A program made the position numbers and the translations under genes. Positions 1-11,800 of a stretch of DNA of 64,000 nucleotides are shown one piece after another. The stretch is taken from assembly GCA_043228905.1 (NCBI GenBank), contig JBHGNT010000013.1, positions 14,136,001 to 14,200,000 of the forward strand. Direction: 5' to 3'. Numbering within the stretch: position 1 is the first letter of the stretch; each line of letters opens with the position of its first letter. The notes beneath the pieces are model-generated. The model saw only the letters and a program-made list of their open reading frames with translations, did no database searches and was not told the origin of the DNA. This DNA comes from Azolla caroliniana (taxonomy: Eukaryota > Plantae > Polypodiophyta).

Positions 1-700
1 TTTCTTTCCTTAATTTCTGATAAATCTCCTGAAGTATAGATTGCATATAACCACTATACTCAGCTTTATTGAGTTCTCCTTCTTCTTCTCTAACTTTCTC
101 AAAATGGGTTCCATAGACGCTATCTTGTGACGATTGTGAAGAAATGCCCATGTCTGGAGGAGAAATAGCTGCATATGCGGCACATGTACGTTGAAGAAAG
201 AAAGGAGAAACTGCACCGATGAAGAACACTATGGAAAGCAATGTTCGAGAAACCACATTTGCGACTGAGCTTAGATGAAGCAAAGAAGGTCTCTTCAATG
301 GCAAAAAATATGAAGATGCAATGCATATACGAAGTGGTAAATCTCTGAGAAACATGAAGATTTTTAATATTGGCTTCACAAAAATCTCCATCTTCACAGC
401 CTGACAAACTTTCACAACCAAGCTTTCCGTATCCGAGCTCCATTGTTCCACGCTATAACTTTCTGAGAATTGAGAACAACATGAGATACTATGTTTCCTC
501 CATTGCCGGGGAGGTTTCCAAACAGAGAAGCTTTGTTGTCTCCGAACATGGCAGAAAAGAGGATGTTTGGTTCTCTTGGAGACAGAGATTCGTCTTCTTT
601 TGTTGAGAAGGGAGACATTACCGAGGGATAGAGTGCCGTATTGCAGAGTGGAAGATGGAGAAGTGGGAAGAAGGGAGGGAGGAGAAACCAGAGTCTCCAT
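1..700 (-). CDS. 5' part of a probably plastid-targeted protein gene running off the window start; resembles the N-terminus of FtsHi5-type inactive FtsH proteins
   Basis: Manual translation from ATG at 700 is open to position 1 (METLVSPPSLLPTSPSS...LLSIVFFIGAVSPFF...EKVREEEGELNKAEYSGYMQSILQEIYQKLRKE); absent from the ORF track because no stop lies in the window. Ser/Pro/Arg-rich transit-peptide-like start. FtsHi5 resemblance is from memory only. Confidence 0.55.
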   Translation of the reverse strand, partial: METLVSPPSLLPTSPSSTLQYGTLSLGNVSLLNKRRRISVSKRTKHPLFCHVRRQQSFSVWKPPRQWRKHSISCCSQFSESYSVEQWSSDTESLVVKVCQAVKMEIFVKPILKIFMFLRDLPLRICIASSYFLPLKRPSLLHLSSVANVVSRTLLSIVFFIGAVSPFFLQRTCAAYAAISPPDMGISSQSSQDSVYGTHFEKVREEEGELNKAEYSGYMQSILQEIYQKLRKE

Positions 701-784
701 ATCCACCCAGAAGAAAGAAGAAGAAGAAGAAGAAGAAGAAGAAAGAAGGGAAAGAAGGGAAAGATGGGATGGGATGGGATGGGT

Positions 785-813
785 GGGGTTCAAGAAAGAG
801 TTGGGTTTTAATG

Positions 814-845
<32 letters not shown>

Positions 846-879
846 TGTATGGGGTTCAAGAAAGAGTTGGGTTGTAATG

Positions 880-911
<32 letters not shown>

Positions 912-952
912 TGTATGTATGTATGGGGTTCAAGAAAGAGTTGGGTTTTAAT
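785..952. repeat. Minisatellite, left half: GGGGTTCAAGAAAGAGTTGGGTTTT units separated by (TATG)n
   Basis: Three visible units; the array resumes at 13886 after the MULE. Confidence 0.9.
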
Positions 953-1066
953 GCTCGTGACTAACTGCTACCAAATATTAAAGAGGGCAAGTGAGGGAAT
1001 CGCGGAGAGGGACGGTGCAGGTCGCACCGTTGTTGGCGCGTTCGATCTCCACCGTCCAAGATGGAT
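953..1066 (+). repeat. Left terminal inverted repeat of the MULE
   Basis: CTAACTGCTACCAAATATTAAAGAGGGCAAGTGAGGGAATCGCGGAGAGGGACGGTGCAGGTCGCACCG...CCAAGATGGAT matches the reverse complement of 13773-13885 with a few mismatches. Confidence 0.92.
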
Positions 1067-1091
1067 AAAAAGCTGACAACGTCTGTCACAA

Positions 1092-1270
1092 GGAGCCCGA
1101 CTCTGTGAAAAGGAGCCCGACTCTGTGAAAGGGAGCCCGACTCTGTCAAAAGGAGCCCCGCTGTCAAACAACCTCTACAAGAGGGAGCCCGACTCTGTCA
1201 GGAGGAGCCCCGCTGTCAGACCACATCAGTAAGAAGGAGCCCGACTCTGACAAAAGGAGCCCGACTCTGT
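1092..1270 (+). repeat. Subterminal repeat array (GGAGCCCGACTCTGT) of the MULE
   Basis: About 8 copies; the same motif occurs in inverted orientation at 4820-5215 and 13560-13745. Confidence 0.85.
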
Positions 1271-1452
1271 AGCAACAAACATCAAAAACTCCACAAAATT
1301 GTAAGTGTACAACAAATATTTGCCATGAAACTGATCATAAAATTTCTCAACAAAACCTAAAGATTCAAATAACAAGTCTTACATAAAATATTAAAATGTC
1401 AAATGTTGACAACCCTAAAATGAAATATGAATATACACGTTACATATTAAGA

Positions 1453-4362
1453 TTATGGCTCATGTCGGGATGATTGCAAGATGCAACCACAATTTTTACA
1501 GCATGTAACATTTGAGTCCCTTGAAGTCAAGGTCAAGCCATCACAACGCAAACACCGAACCTTCTCATGGTCAACCAATGGCAATCTCCTCCTAGCCCGA
1601 CTAGCACCTCTTTGTAGTTTTCCGGAGTGGGATTTGGAAGTGTTTGGGGAGCTGCCAATAAGTTCTTGCGAGATGTCTATTGTTGCACTTCTTTTGGCAC
1701 CGATTTGTTGGTTGCGACTTATTGATCTACCATCTTCTTTATTGGTTGATTTTGGTGCACCAACGCGATACACCTTCTCAGCCACATCTTCCAATGTTTG
1801 TATACCTTCGACAATAGTTGCACGGTCGAAGGTTCCTAACCCTTGCTCGAGACATTGAAGTGCTTTCATGACCGTTTGTATTTTGGACTTGAATGATTCA
1901 ATCTCGGATATTGTGGGGTTTGTCTCCTCTACTTGCTCTACCTCTGCCTCCACTTCTATTTCTGTATTATGGTCCATTCGCATTTGGGTCGCGTGATCTA
2001 TAAAAGGCAATGAGCCACATAAATGTGGCATATGCCTCTCAATAATCATTCGGATACCTAGTAAATGCTTACATTTACTCACAATGTCTTGGCAATCACA
2101 ATATGAGCATTGGAGTGAGACATTATACCATAGAGTGGGAGTCGTCATGCTCAAGATTCTAAACCAATATCGGGCCTCGTCGACAATTTCAATTGTGGAA
2201 GTATTGTCGACATACCTTTCCAATATTCTCTCCGCTTCTTTAAGTCGGGACCTTTGATCCCTACAATTCGCACGGGGTGCAAACCGACCACTCTCACATA
2301 TTTCTTGTCGTTGCTTGTACCACTCTATTACCGTTCCTCCTATGCAAGTGCCAGTTTCACTATCCCCGATTAAGACATGCAGAAGGTCGGTAATTGATCG
2401 GTTTATTCTTCCCCTCAAGGTAGTATACTTGATAAACTGCCAATGTCTTTCCACAATATTGGTAGTGTCAACGTGTCCATAGTTGAACATTCTACCAAAC
2501 TTGGGCCAGAGTTTCCTCCACACACATGTCAAGCCACACCATCCTCCTTCTATATATTGCCAAACACCGGGCTTGTCCACATATTCTAACTTTAACTCCT
2601 CACACATTGCATTGAATGATGATTCAGTAATGCATTGCATCAGTTGGCACATTCGTTGATAAAGATGGATTCTCTCATTTGCACTTACTTTTGGCAACAA
2701 GTTGTCCACCCATGACTTTTTGGCGTGAAACTGACACAACAAAAGTCGACAATGTGTTTGGGACCGTTGCCCATTTACAACAATCCAAGATTGACGGTCT
2801 GTTGCAACCACATTAGTTATGGCATTATATGATGTCCAACATTTATCGATCACTATCGCATTTGGCCTCACCATGGGCATCCTTGCGAATATGACTCTCA
2901 AACAAGTTTCTAATGCCACTTGCTCATGGTTTGACCCCTTATCAGAACTACAAAGCATGTACCATAATGGGATCCCAATTCCCATGGCGTTGGGGGCAAC
3001 TGCTGCATATAATGGTAGCCCGAATTGGTTTGTTTTAAATGTCGAGTCGATTGCCCAAGAGTTGTTTAGGGTCAACCGCTCACACATTTCCAACATCCAT
3101 TGATCTTGAAGTATCAAGATAAATGGTTGTATGGGGGGAGATCCTGGTTCACCAGTCAAGTAGGGTTGAACATGAGCCACTTCCCCAAGATCTCGGAGTG
3201 CATAGGCATCTTGCATCATCAAAGCCCAATCAACCTTAGTCATGACACTCCCGATTTTTAACCTATTTGCCATGTTATGGACCTCCTTTGGTATCATAAA
3301 GAACCGATAGGTAACAAGCTCTAATGGACTAGCCTTGGACTTATGATATGCTTCCTTACGCATGCTCATTCGTGCCACATGCCTTGCACACCCAACATCA
3401 AATAGGTCATCTTTGCAACAACTTATGACATTGGGGTGTACTGGCAAATGGTACACATCCGACCTACTACATGGTACATGACCACTGTGAGGTCCATATA
3501 TTGAAATGGTAAGTGTCTCAATGTCAACATCATTATTGATTCTAACATCCACATGGAATGTGCACCCACATCGGGGTGTGCACCTGTGTCGTCGAGTGGA
3601 ATTAGACGCAAGTCGAGATGTCCCAGCACGATGGCAACTATACCTAGTCACACGCATACCCTTCTTGACTCCTTTCCTTAAACGTGTGTGGTACTTGGTT
3701 TGCAAATCCGTGAGCGCATCGTCTAATTGGTGGGTTTCTACCTTGATCACTTCTATGGGTAGGGTCTTGTTATATTTGGCCATGCTTGATCCCAAACCTT
3801 CTATCGAGTCGACCTTCGATACCGTTTGGCAACCACAACTTGTAATGAGTGCTTTCACGTACTCCGGTGGGATGCCATAATCACGTACATCAGTCGCATA
3901 AACTAGCTTTAACTCTTTAAGAGTCTTTGAAAACGTGTGATGGGATGTGTCACCATGTGACGCTAATACTACTTCCCTCCATTTCTCAACGTATAAGACT
4001 TGAAGATTAGGTGATGCTTTAAGGTAAATTGCACTCTCAAACCTGAGAATGAGACGACTCTTCATGCGCCTCCATGCATGAAGTGAAAGAGGTGCTCCCC
4101 TTGCGACATCACGTAATGCTTCCAATGTTACCTTAACTTGTCCCAATAAATCTTTAATCATCAAATTATATGTACCTCTTGAAAATGCAAAATACCTGGG
4201 GGAACAATACATGAAGGGATCGACCGCCTCATCCTCACGATCGGAATCTGATGACTCAAAAGGATCCTCCAATTCGTCCTCGGATGCATTGGATGACCAT
4301 GACGTATCCTCCAATTCATCTTCTGACATGGCGAAGACACCATGATGCATTGTGCTCTCCAT
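1453..4362 (-). CDS. MULE (MuDR-family) DDE transposase with SWIM zinc finger
   Basis: Intact ORF (track 1453-4413; first ATG at 4362). WRKY/GCM1-like Cys/His region (YSCHRAG...CGC...HSGH), D1 in AIDSTFKTN, D2 in IVIDKC, CxxH in LCQFH, E in TNIVE, SWIM CDC...CKH, C-terminal Cys cluster. Confidence 0.93.
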   Translation of the reverse strand: MESTMHHGVFAMSEDELEDTSWSSNASEDELEDPFESSDSDREDEAVDPFMYCSPRYFAFSRGTYNLMIKDLLGQVKVTLEALRDVARGAPLSLHAWRRMKSRLILRFESAIYLKASPNLQVLYVEKWREVVLASHGDTSHHTFSKTLKELKLVYATDVRDYGIPPEYVKALITSCGCQTVSKVDSIEGLGSSMAKYNKTLPIEVIKVETHQLDDALTDLQTKYHTRLRKGVKKGMRVTRYSCHRAGTSRLASNSTRRHRCTPRCGCTFHVDVRINNDVDIETLTISIYGPHSGHVPCSRSDVYHLPVHPNVISCCKDDLFDVGCARHVARMSMRKEAYHKSKASPLELVTYRFFMIPKEVHNMANRLKIGSVMTKVDWALMMQDAYALRDLGEVAHVQPYLTGEPGSPPIQPFILILQDQWMLEMCERLTLNNSWAIDSTFKTNQFGLPLYAAVAPNAMGIGIPLWYMLCSSDKGSNHEQVALETCLRVIFARMPMVRPNAIVIDKCWTSYNAITNVVATDRQSWIVVNGQRSQTHCRLLLCQFHAKKSWVDNLLPKVSANERIHLYQRMCQLMQCITESSFNAMCEELKLEYVDKPGVWQYIEGGWCGLTCVWRKLWPKFGRMFNYGHVDTTNIVERHWQFIKYTTLRGRINRSITDLLHVLIGDSETGTCIGGTVIEWYKQRQEICESGRFAPRANCRDQRSRLKEAERILERYVDNTSTIEIVDEARYWFRILSMTTPTLWYNVSLQCSYCDCQDIVSKCKHLLGIRMIIERHMPHLCGSLPFIDHATQMRMDHNTEIEVEAEVEQVEETNPTISEIESFKSKIQTVMKALQCLEQGLGTFDRATIVEGIQTLEDVAEKVYRVGAPKSTNKEDGRSISRNQQIGAKRSATIDISQELIGSSPNTSKSHSGKLQRGASRARRRLPLVDHEKVRCLRCDGLTLTSRDSNVTCCKNCGCILQSSRHEP

Positions 4363-4819
4363 AGCAAATACAATATGATCAAGAATGCCAATGATTGAGG
4401 TGAATGAAATCAAATGAATTCAAGTGAATGAATTCAAATAATTCACATGAATGGAGTAGATTAATGATCGAGAATGAGAGTGAATGAAATCAAATGGCCT
4501 ACAATATGATCAAATGAAATCAAATACAATATGATCAAGAATGCCAATGATTGAGGTGAATGAAGTGAATGAAATCAAATGAATTCAAGTGAATGAATTC
4601 AAATAATTCACATGAATGGAGTAGATTAACGATCGAGAATGAGAGTGAATGATATGAGTGCGAGTGATTAATAGACTATTAAGGAAGGGAATGGGTTAAT
4701 TGGGAATGATGGGAAGACTCTTAGTGCATGCTACTGAATTTGGTGAATTAATTTACTGTAGTCGTTAATATGACTGTTGAGACGCCATCATTACACGTAG
4801 TTGGGCACTTCCCTATTAC

Positions 4820-5215
4820 TGTGTCGGGCTCCCTTTTTTAATGAGTCGGGCTCCACATTATCAGTCGGGCTCCCTTTTTACCAGAGTCGGGCTCCCTTTT
4901 TAATGAATGGGGCTCCCTTTTTTAATGAACATGAATGAGTCGGGCTCCCTTTTTACCAAAGTCGGGCTCCCTTTTTAATGAGTGGGGCTCCCTTTTTTAA
5001 TGAACAAGAATGAGTCTGGCTCCACATTAATCAGTCGGGCTCCCTTTTACCAGAGTCGGGCTCCCTTTTTAATGAGTGGGGCTCCCTTTTTTAATGAACA
5101 AGAATGAGTCGGGCTCCACATTGATCAGTCGGGCTCCCTTTTTACTAGAGTCGGGCTCCCTTTTTAATGAGTGGGGCTCCCTTTTTTAATGAACATGAAT
5201 GAGTCGAGCTCCACA
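4820..5215 (-). repeat. Internal array of the GAGTCGGGCTCCC motif upstream of the transposase
   Basis: More than 12 copies of gagtcgggctccc / gtggggctccc. Confidence 0.85.
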
Positions 5216-5494
5216 CTAATCACATTGAGTCTTGTTATGTCTTTGAAGAAGATTGACATCGAGTCTTGTTATGTCTTTGAATAAGATTGACATTGAGTCT
5301 TGTTATGTCTTTCGTATTGTTTACAACAAGGACCGAAGCACTCTTTCTATATACTTACTCTTTCTACAACAACATTCTTTGATTACAACACTCTTTCTAT
5401 ATACTTACTCTTTCTTGGCCTTTCTCAAAAACCATTGCCGTGACTACTTGTCAATAAGCTAATAGTTTTATTCTTTTGACACCCAAAACAATTC

Positions 5495-5815
5495 CAATAT
5501 ACAACCAAAATGAGATTCATACACAACCAAAATGAGATTCATATACAACCAAAATGTGATTCAAAAATTGATTCATATTCAACCAAGATGAGATTCATAT
5601 ACAACCAAAATGAGATTCAAAAATTGATTCATATTCAACCAATATGAGATTCATATACAACCAAAATGATTTACATTGAGTCATATACAACCAAAATGAT
5701 TTACATTGAGTCATCTACAACCAAAATGATTTACATTGAGTCATCTACAACCAAAATGAGATTCATATACAACCAAAATGATTTACATTGAGTCATATAC
5801 AACCATTGCAAAATG
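5495..5815. repeat. Tandem repeat (CATATACAACCAAAATGA...) downstream of the Ulp1 gene
   Basis: Many 22-34 bp units visible. Confidence 0.85.
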
Positions 5816-5826
5816 ACTCCACGTAG

Positions 5827-8800
5827 TCATATGCCCAAAGTCCTTCGTGCCCATTTTGCCATGATTTTCCGAAGGAGCTCCACGTCTTCGAATCCAAACC
5901 ATTGCTCCTTACCCTACAATTGAAGATGCCATCAACAAAAACAAAAACAAATGCTCAAATTCAAATCTCATAAATACTTACAAATTGATCGGACTCAAAT
6001 CCTTGAATCAACTCCTCGACCAACATGCGAATAGTTTGCATCACGTAATACCCACAATCGGTCCCATTAGGTTGGGTTGGGATACGCAATTCATGGAATT
6101 GCCCGTTGTTGATGATGCAATGGTCATGTGTCCGACTCGAGATATGTCGTATAGCCAAATCACCCAATGTCCGCACCCTGGTAGTCGGATGAATATTTAG
6201 TGGATCACAAAATATAATTGGGCTCCTCACCTTGGCATCGAGACCCGTAGGAGTTTGTCGCATCTTCAACCAAAGCACCCAATGCCCTGCGTTCAATATT
6301 GGAATGAAGACATAATCCCTTTCAGGAACACGAGTGAGTACGTCTTTGACCTTATCGCCTTGGCCTTCTAGTTGTACCCATAGCGGATCCACAATATGAA
6401 ACCGCTTGTTGATCTCGGGGGGCAGCGAGTACTCCATCCATAAATGGAAGAGGGTTATCATCCATGTGGATGCCATCTCCCCTACTGTGATCAACGAACA
6501 TAGTTGTATCTCCGACAAGAAGACCGCTACATCCAGTCGTCGGCATGCCACCTGATACCTGTTTATTAGGCTAGATTAGTAACTACTAAACAAACATGAT
6601 GTTAACTATTGATATCATGCCCCCAGCATAACAACATACCTGGTGAACTTATTTCTTGCAGAGTTATCCCATGTTTTCGAGATTGTCCCTGGACCAACAA
6701 AGACAATCCCAATGTCTGCATCCTCATCTGTGTCAGATGATGTAATGAACTCCGAATTACATGGGTCCACTTCTTTCCTGCGGATTTGGATTTTCGGCCT
6801 CCTTGCTTGTTGCATTGTCGATTCTGACAGTTGGTCTTGACCACCATCGATCTCGACATGTGCCTCATCCTTTGGTATGGGAATTCCATGACTCTTACAC
6901 TACAATTCATACATAAGATTCACACATAATCATAAGTTTTAAACTCACATAAGTGTCGTGACTCTTGAGTAGGAAGCAGAGAGAGAGCGATGGTGATAGA
7001 GATAACGATAACGATAGAGATGGCGAGAGCGGTAGAGATAGCGATAGTGATAGCAAAAGAGAGTGAAAGAGGGAGAGAGTGCGAGAGAGAGAAAAGTATA
7101 AGTGAGAGATAAGAAATGGGAATGAGATTATATTATGAGAAAGAAGATTACAAGGAGTAGGCTAAGGGCTAAAGACTGGTGTTGAACCGAATGAGTTGTG
7201 ATGAGTGTATGGACTCTTATTTATAGGCCCTTATGGAGTATTCTAGAATGTTCTAGAATATTTTAGATATTTATGAATAATAATAATAAATATAATCATG
7301 AAATATTCAAGAACATTCTAGAATAATCTAGAATGTTCTAAATATCTCGTAATAACTAAACATATAATTATTATGATTACATCTCACATATGTTATTACA
7401 ATGGTTAAAGTACAATATGTAAACCAAGAGGTTATGGGTTCGATTCCTGGTTCGCCAAGATGAATGTCATGATAAGCCAAGATGTATGTCTTCATGACAT
7501 TATCCCCCCTTTTCGATGACGAGTTGCACGAGTCGGAAGAAAAGAGTTCAGACTTGGTTTATGAGGATATTGGTTGTGAAATGCAACAACCATGTCGGAG
7601 GCATTGGCAAGATGTTCGGCAGGCTCCCATGTTCGATCATTAGGTGTATAGCCTAACCAATCAACCAAGTAGTATAGTTTGTTGCGAATGATCTTGGAGT
7701 CGAGGATAGCGGCAACCTCATATTCAGAGCCATTGGAAACGTCAATTGGAGGTGGGGGAGGTGTAACACGACCCGGAATAGAGCTCGTTGTGTAGGGCTC
7801 CAAAAGTGAAACATGGAAGACCGGGTGAAGACGCATATGAGGAGGAAGATCAAGACGAAATGTCACATCATTGATCTTACCACTTATGACATATGGGCCA
7901 AAACGTTGATAATCCAATTTGTAGCAAGGTCGGGTCGTTTTAATGCTACCTTGTAAGAGCCATACACGATCGCCTACTTGAAATGTAGTCGATGAATCAC
8001 GCCGATGACGGTCAGCAATCTTCTTTTGAGTGTTTTGGGCTTCACATAAATGATGCAAAAGCATATCCTGAACTTCTTGGAGTCGAGTGAGCCGATCTTC
8101 AGCAGCTGGGTTTTTTGGGAGTTCAGGATGTTCAAGCATCGTCCAACGAGGATGGTACCCAATGTTTGCAAAAAATGGGGAATATCCAGTAGAAGAATGC
8201 TCGGAGTTGTTATAAGCAAATTCTGCCAAAGGTAGTAAATCCACCCAATCATCTTGTTGATAGTTGACAAAACAACGTAGATATTGCTCGACTGTTTGGT
8301 TGGTGCGCTCACTCTGCCCATTAGTCTCTGGATGGTAGCCGGAAGAGAGTTTACAAGAAGTATGTAAGAGTTTGAACATGTGCCGCCAAAATTTTGAGAT
8401 GAATTGGGGACCCCGATCACTGATAATATCATCCGGAAGACCATGATGGCGAAACACCTCCCGCATGAGTAAATCAGCTGTCTCTTGACTAGTAATGGTC
8501 TTTGTGCATGGAAGGAAATGTGCCATCTTCGTAAAACGATCGACAACCGTGAGAATCGAATCAAATCCCTTGGAAGGTGGAAGATCCGTAATAAAGTCCA
8601 AGGAAATAGATTTCCATGGGCTCTCCGGAATAGGCATTGGCTGTAATAAGCCATATGGATGATGTCGAGGCTTTTTTGATCGGCAACATGTATCACAGCT
8701 ACGAACATAATCCGTAACAAAATGGCGAAGCCGTGGCCACCAATATCGGCGAGAAATCAACTCAAAAGTCTTGTGGATGCCGAAGTGTCCCGCCATTGGT

Positions 8801-11800
8801 GTGTCATGACATTGTTGCATGACTTTGAGTCGAGAAGGACCGTCAGGCACATACAAGAGAGTTTGTCGAAAAAGTAACCCATCATGCCAACTAAACTGGG
8901 TGTAGTCTAGACGAGGATTTTGAGTTTGGGAGCTAGATGCACGATTTGGGATAATATGGCTCAAAACCTCTTGGGCGAACGCATCAGTCGCAATCTGCTC
9001 ACGAATGGAATCAAGAAGCCTTGAATCTCCCGGTGTGTTGATGGTATGCATTGCCATTATTCGTAGACGATCAGGACCTAAGAGGATTTGCTTTTGGCTT
9101 TCAAATGCGGCCTCTCCAGGTTGAAGTTCCATATACGAACGTCTAGATAAAGCATCTGCTTTTCCTTGTTGCATCCCAGGGCGATATAGAATTACAAAAT
9201 CGAAACGAGTTAAGAACTGCGCCCAACGAGCTTGTCGTCGATTCAAGACTCGAGCACTTTGAAAGTATGTTAGATTTTTATGATCATTGTAGACAATAAT
9301 CTGCTGAGAAGAACCCTCCAGAAAATGACGCCATTGTTGAAAAGAATCCACAATGGCAAGAAGCTCTTTGTCGTGAATCTCATAGTTGATTTCTGCGGCT
9401 TCAAATTTTCGTGAGTGAAAAGCCACCGGGTGCAGTTCACCATCATCACCAATTTGGGATAGTACACTTCCGAGTGCGAAATCCGATGCATCAGCTTCAA
9501 GTATAAAGCGCCTCATTGGATCGACATGGATTAAGATTGGTGCGGATGTAAATGCTTGCTTTAAACCCTCAAATGCAGAGTTCGCATCTATACTCCATAC
9601 AAATGGTCGATTCTTGTGCGTCAGTTGAGTGAGGGGCAACACAATTTTTGAATAATCTTTGATGAACTTGCGATAAAAGTTTGCGAACCCCAAAAAACAT
9701 TGCACATCTCGCACGGACTGTGGTGTTTGCCAATCCAAAATTGTTTGAACCTTTGATGGATCCATAGAGATGCCATTTGAAGAGACTATGTACCCCAAAA
9801 ACTCCACTTGACATTGGTCGAAACTACACTTCTCCAATTTTGCATAGAGACCATACTCTCGTAGCCGTTGCAAAACTTGGCGAACATGTATATCATGTTC
9901 TTCTTGAGTTTTTGAGTAGATCAAGATATCATCCAGGTAAACAATGATGAAGATATCGAGGAAGTCTCGAAAAATATCATTCGCCATATGTTGGAAGACT
10001 GCTGGTGCATTCGTGAGGCCAAAAGGCATCACTGTGTACTCAAAATGACCATAGCGAGTGCGGAACGCCGTCTTCCATTCATCCCCAGGACGAATTCGAA
10101 CAAGGTTGTAGGCACCTCGAAGATCTAACTTCGTGAAATACTTTGCTTCACTGAGGCGTTCTAGAAGGCTTGAGATCAATGGGAGAGCATATCGGTTTCT
10201 AACGGTCACTTTATTCAAGCCTCGATAATCCACGACCATACGAAGCGTACCATCTTTCTTCTTAACGAATGCCTCGAAATCCTCCAGTAATGGTGATTTC
10301 TTCTCAAGAAGTGGTGCAAACCAAGCTAACGCTGTACCGCTTAGCAAGGTTCCTATTAATCCCACACGGGCAGCATCAGTTGGATACCGATTGGGATGTA
10401 ACTGAATCACCAAACGAACTTGATTCAGGAAACCTCGAAAGAGAGATCTGGTACCATCAAACTTAGCAGGGAGGCTAATCTTTGGTTCCCTTGGGGAGTT
10501 TTGAACCCCCGCCGCTTGTTCTCGTAATGTTAATATAGTAGCCTCAAGTTGATGAACCCGTTGTGATAACTCCTCATATTGATGAGCTTTCTCAGTACTG
10601 ACTTGTTGAAGATCCCCGAGTAGCCTTTGATTTTCTTGCTCTAATGCCACAAACTTAGTGGTGAGCATATCGAGCTCCGAAAGGACACGCATATACTCTT
10701 GCTTGCTGACCGACTCCATAACCGCGGGGGAAAAAGAAAGAAGGATAAAGAAGAAAGCTTGCTAGGGTTATTGGAGAAAGGGAAAAGAAATATTCGGTTC
10801 AAACTGTCGTGACTCTTGAGTAGGAAGCAGAGAGAGAGCGATGGCGATAGAGATAACGATAACGATAGAGATGGCGAGAGCGGTAGAGATAGCGATAGTG
10901 ATAGCAAAAGAGAGTGAAAGAGGGAGAGAGTGCGAGAGAGAGAAAAGTATAAGTGAGAGATAAGAAATGGGAATGAGATTATATTATGAGAAAGAAGATT
11001 ACAAGGAGTAGGCTAAGGGCTAAAGACTGGTGTTGAACCGAATGAGTTGTGATGAGTGTATGGACTCTTATTTATAGGCCCTTATGGAGTATTCTAGAAT
11101 GTTCTAGAATATTTTAGATATTTATGAATAATAATAATAAATATAATCATGAAATATTCAAGAACATTCTAGAATAATCTAGAATGTTCTAAATATCTCG
11201 TAATAACTAAACATATAATTATTATGATTACATCTCACATATGTTATTACAATGGTTAAAGTACAATATGTAAACCAAGAGGTTATGGGTTCGATTCCTG
11301 GTTCGCCAAGATGAATGTCATGATAAGCCAAGATGTATGTCTTCATGACAATAAGATGCACACAAAATCATAAACCATACTTACATAATCTTTAGACGCA
11401 TCCGCAATCTTCAACCTCACTTTTGCCATCCTATGCTCCTTTCCCTCGTCATACCTGGCCATTTGTTGGCTAACGAATTGAGCAATGAAATCAGCCTCCT
11501 TGCATGTTCGAAGTGAGTCCGGAGTGGCTTTGAAGATTTTTATTGCTCTTGTCCTCAACTTCCTCATGTGTGATTGGCGTGATCTATTATACTTGAGCTC
11601 CGGATCCAAAAAACGATTTATTGATCGTTGTCTTTCGTATTCGCTGAAGAATGATGTGGTTGTACTCCTCATGGAGGTCGATTGCTCTTCTTCGTCTATC
11701 TTTAGCCCCCGAGGCAGTATTACATGGATGCCATGTGCCTTCTGTAAATGGGCCTCCATGTCCGCTTTTTTTCGAAACCATCTCCCCTCTTTTCTACACG

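Larger units (their letters stand above)
6954..11350 (-). mobile_element. Ty3/gypsy chromovirus LTR retrotransposon (Tcn1/sushi-like), internally deleted, recent insertion
   Basis: LTRs 6954-7499 and 10805-11350 (TG...CA, 546 bp, one T/C difference seen); TSD ATAAG at 6949-6953 and 11351-11355; PPT (AAAAGGGGGG) beside the 3' LTR at ~7504-7513; domain order RT-RH-IN-chromodomain. Confidence 0.96.

Noticed and set aside
7492-10719. Domesticated PEG10/RTL-like Gag gene
   Set aside because: Flanked by near-identical LTRs, a PPT and a TSD, so it is a recent retrotransposon insertion.
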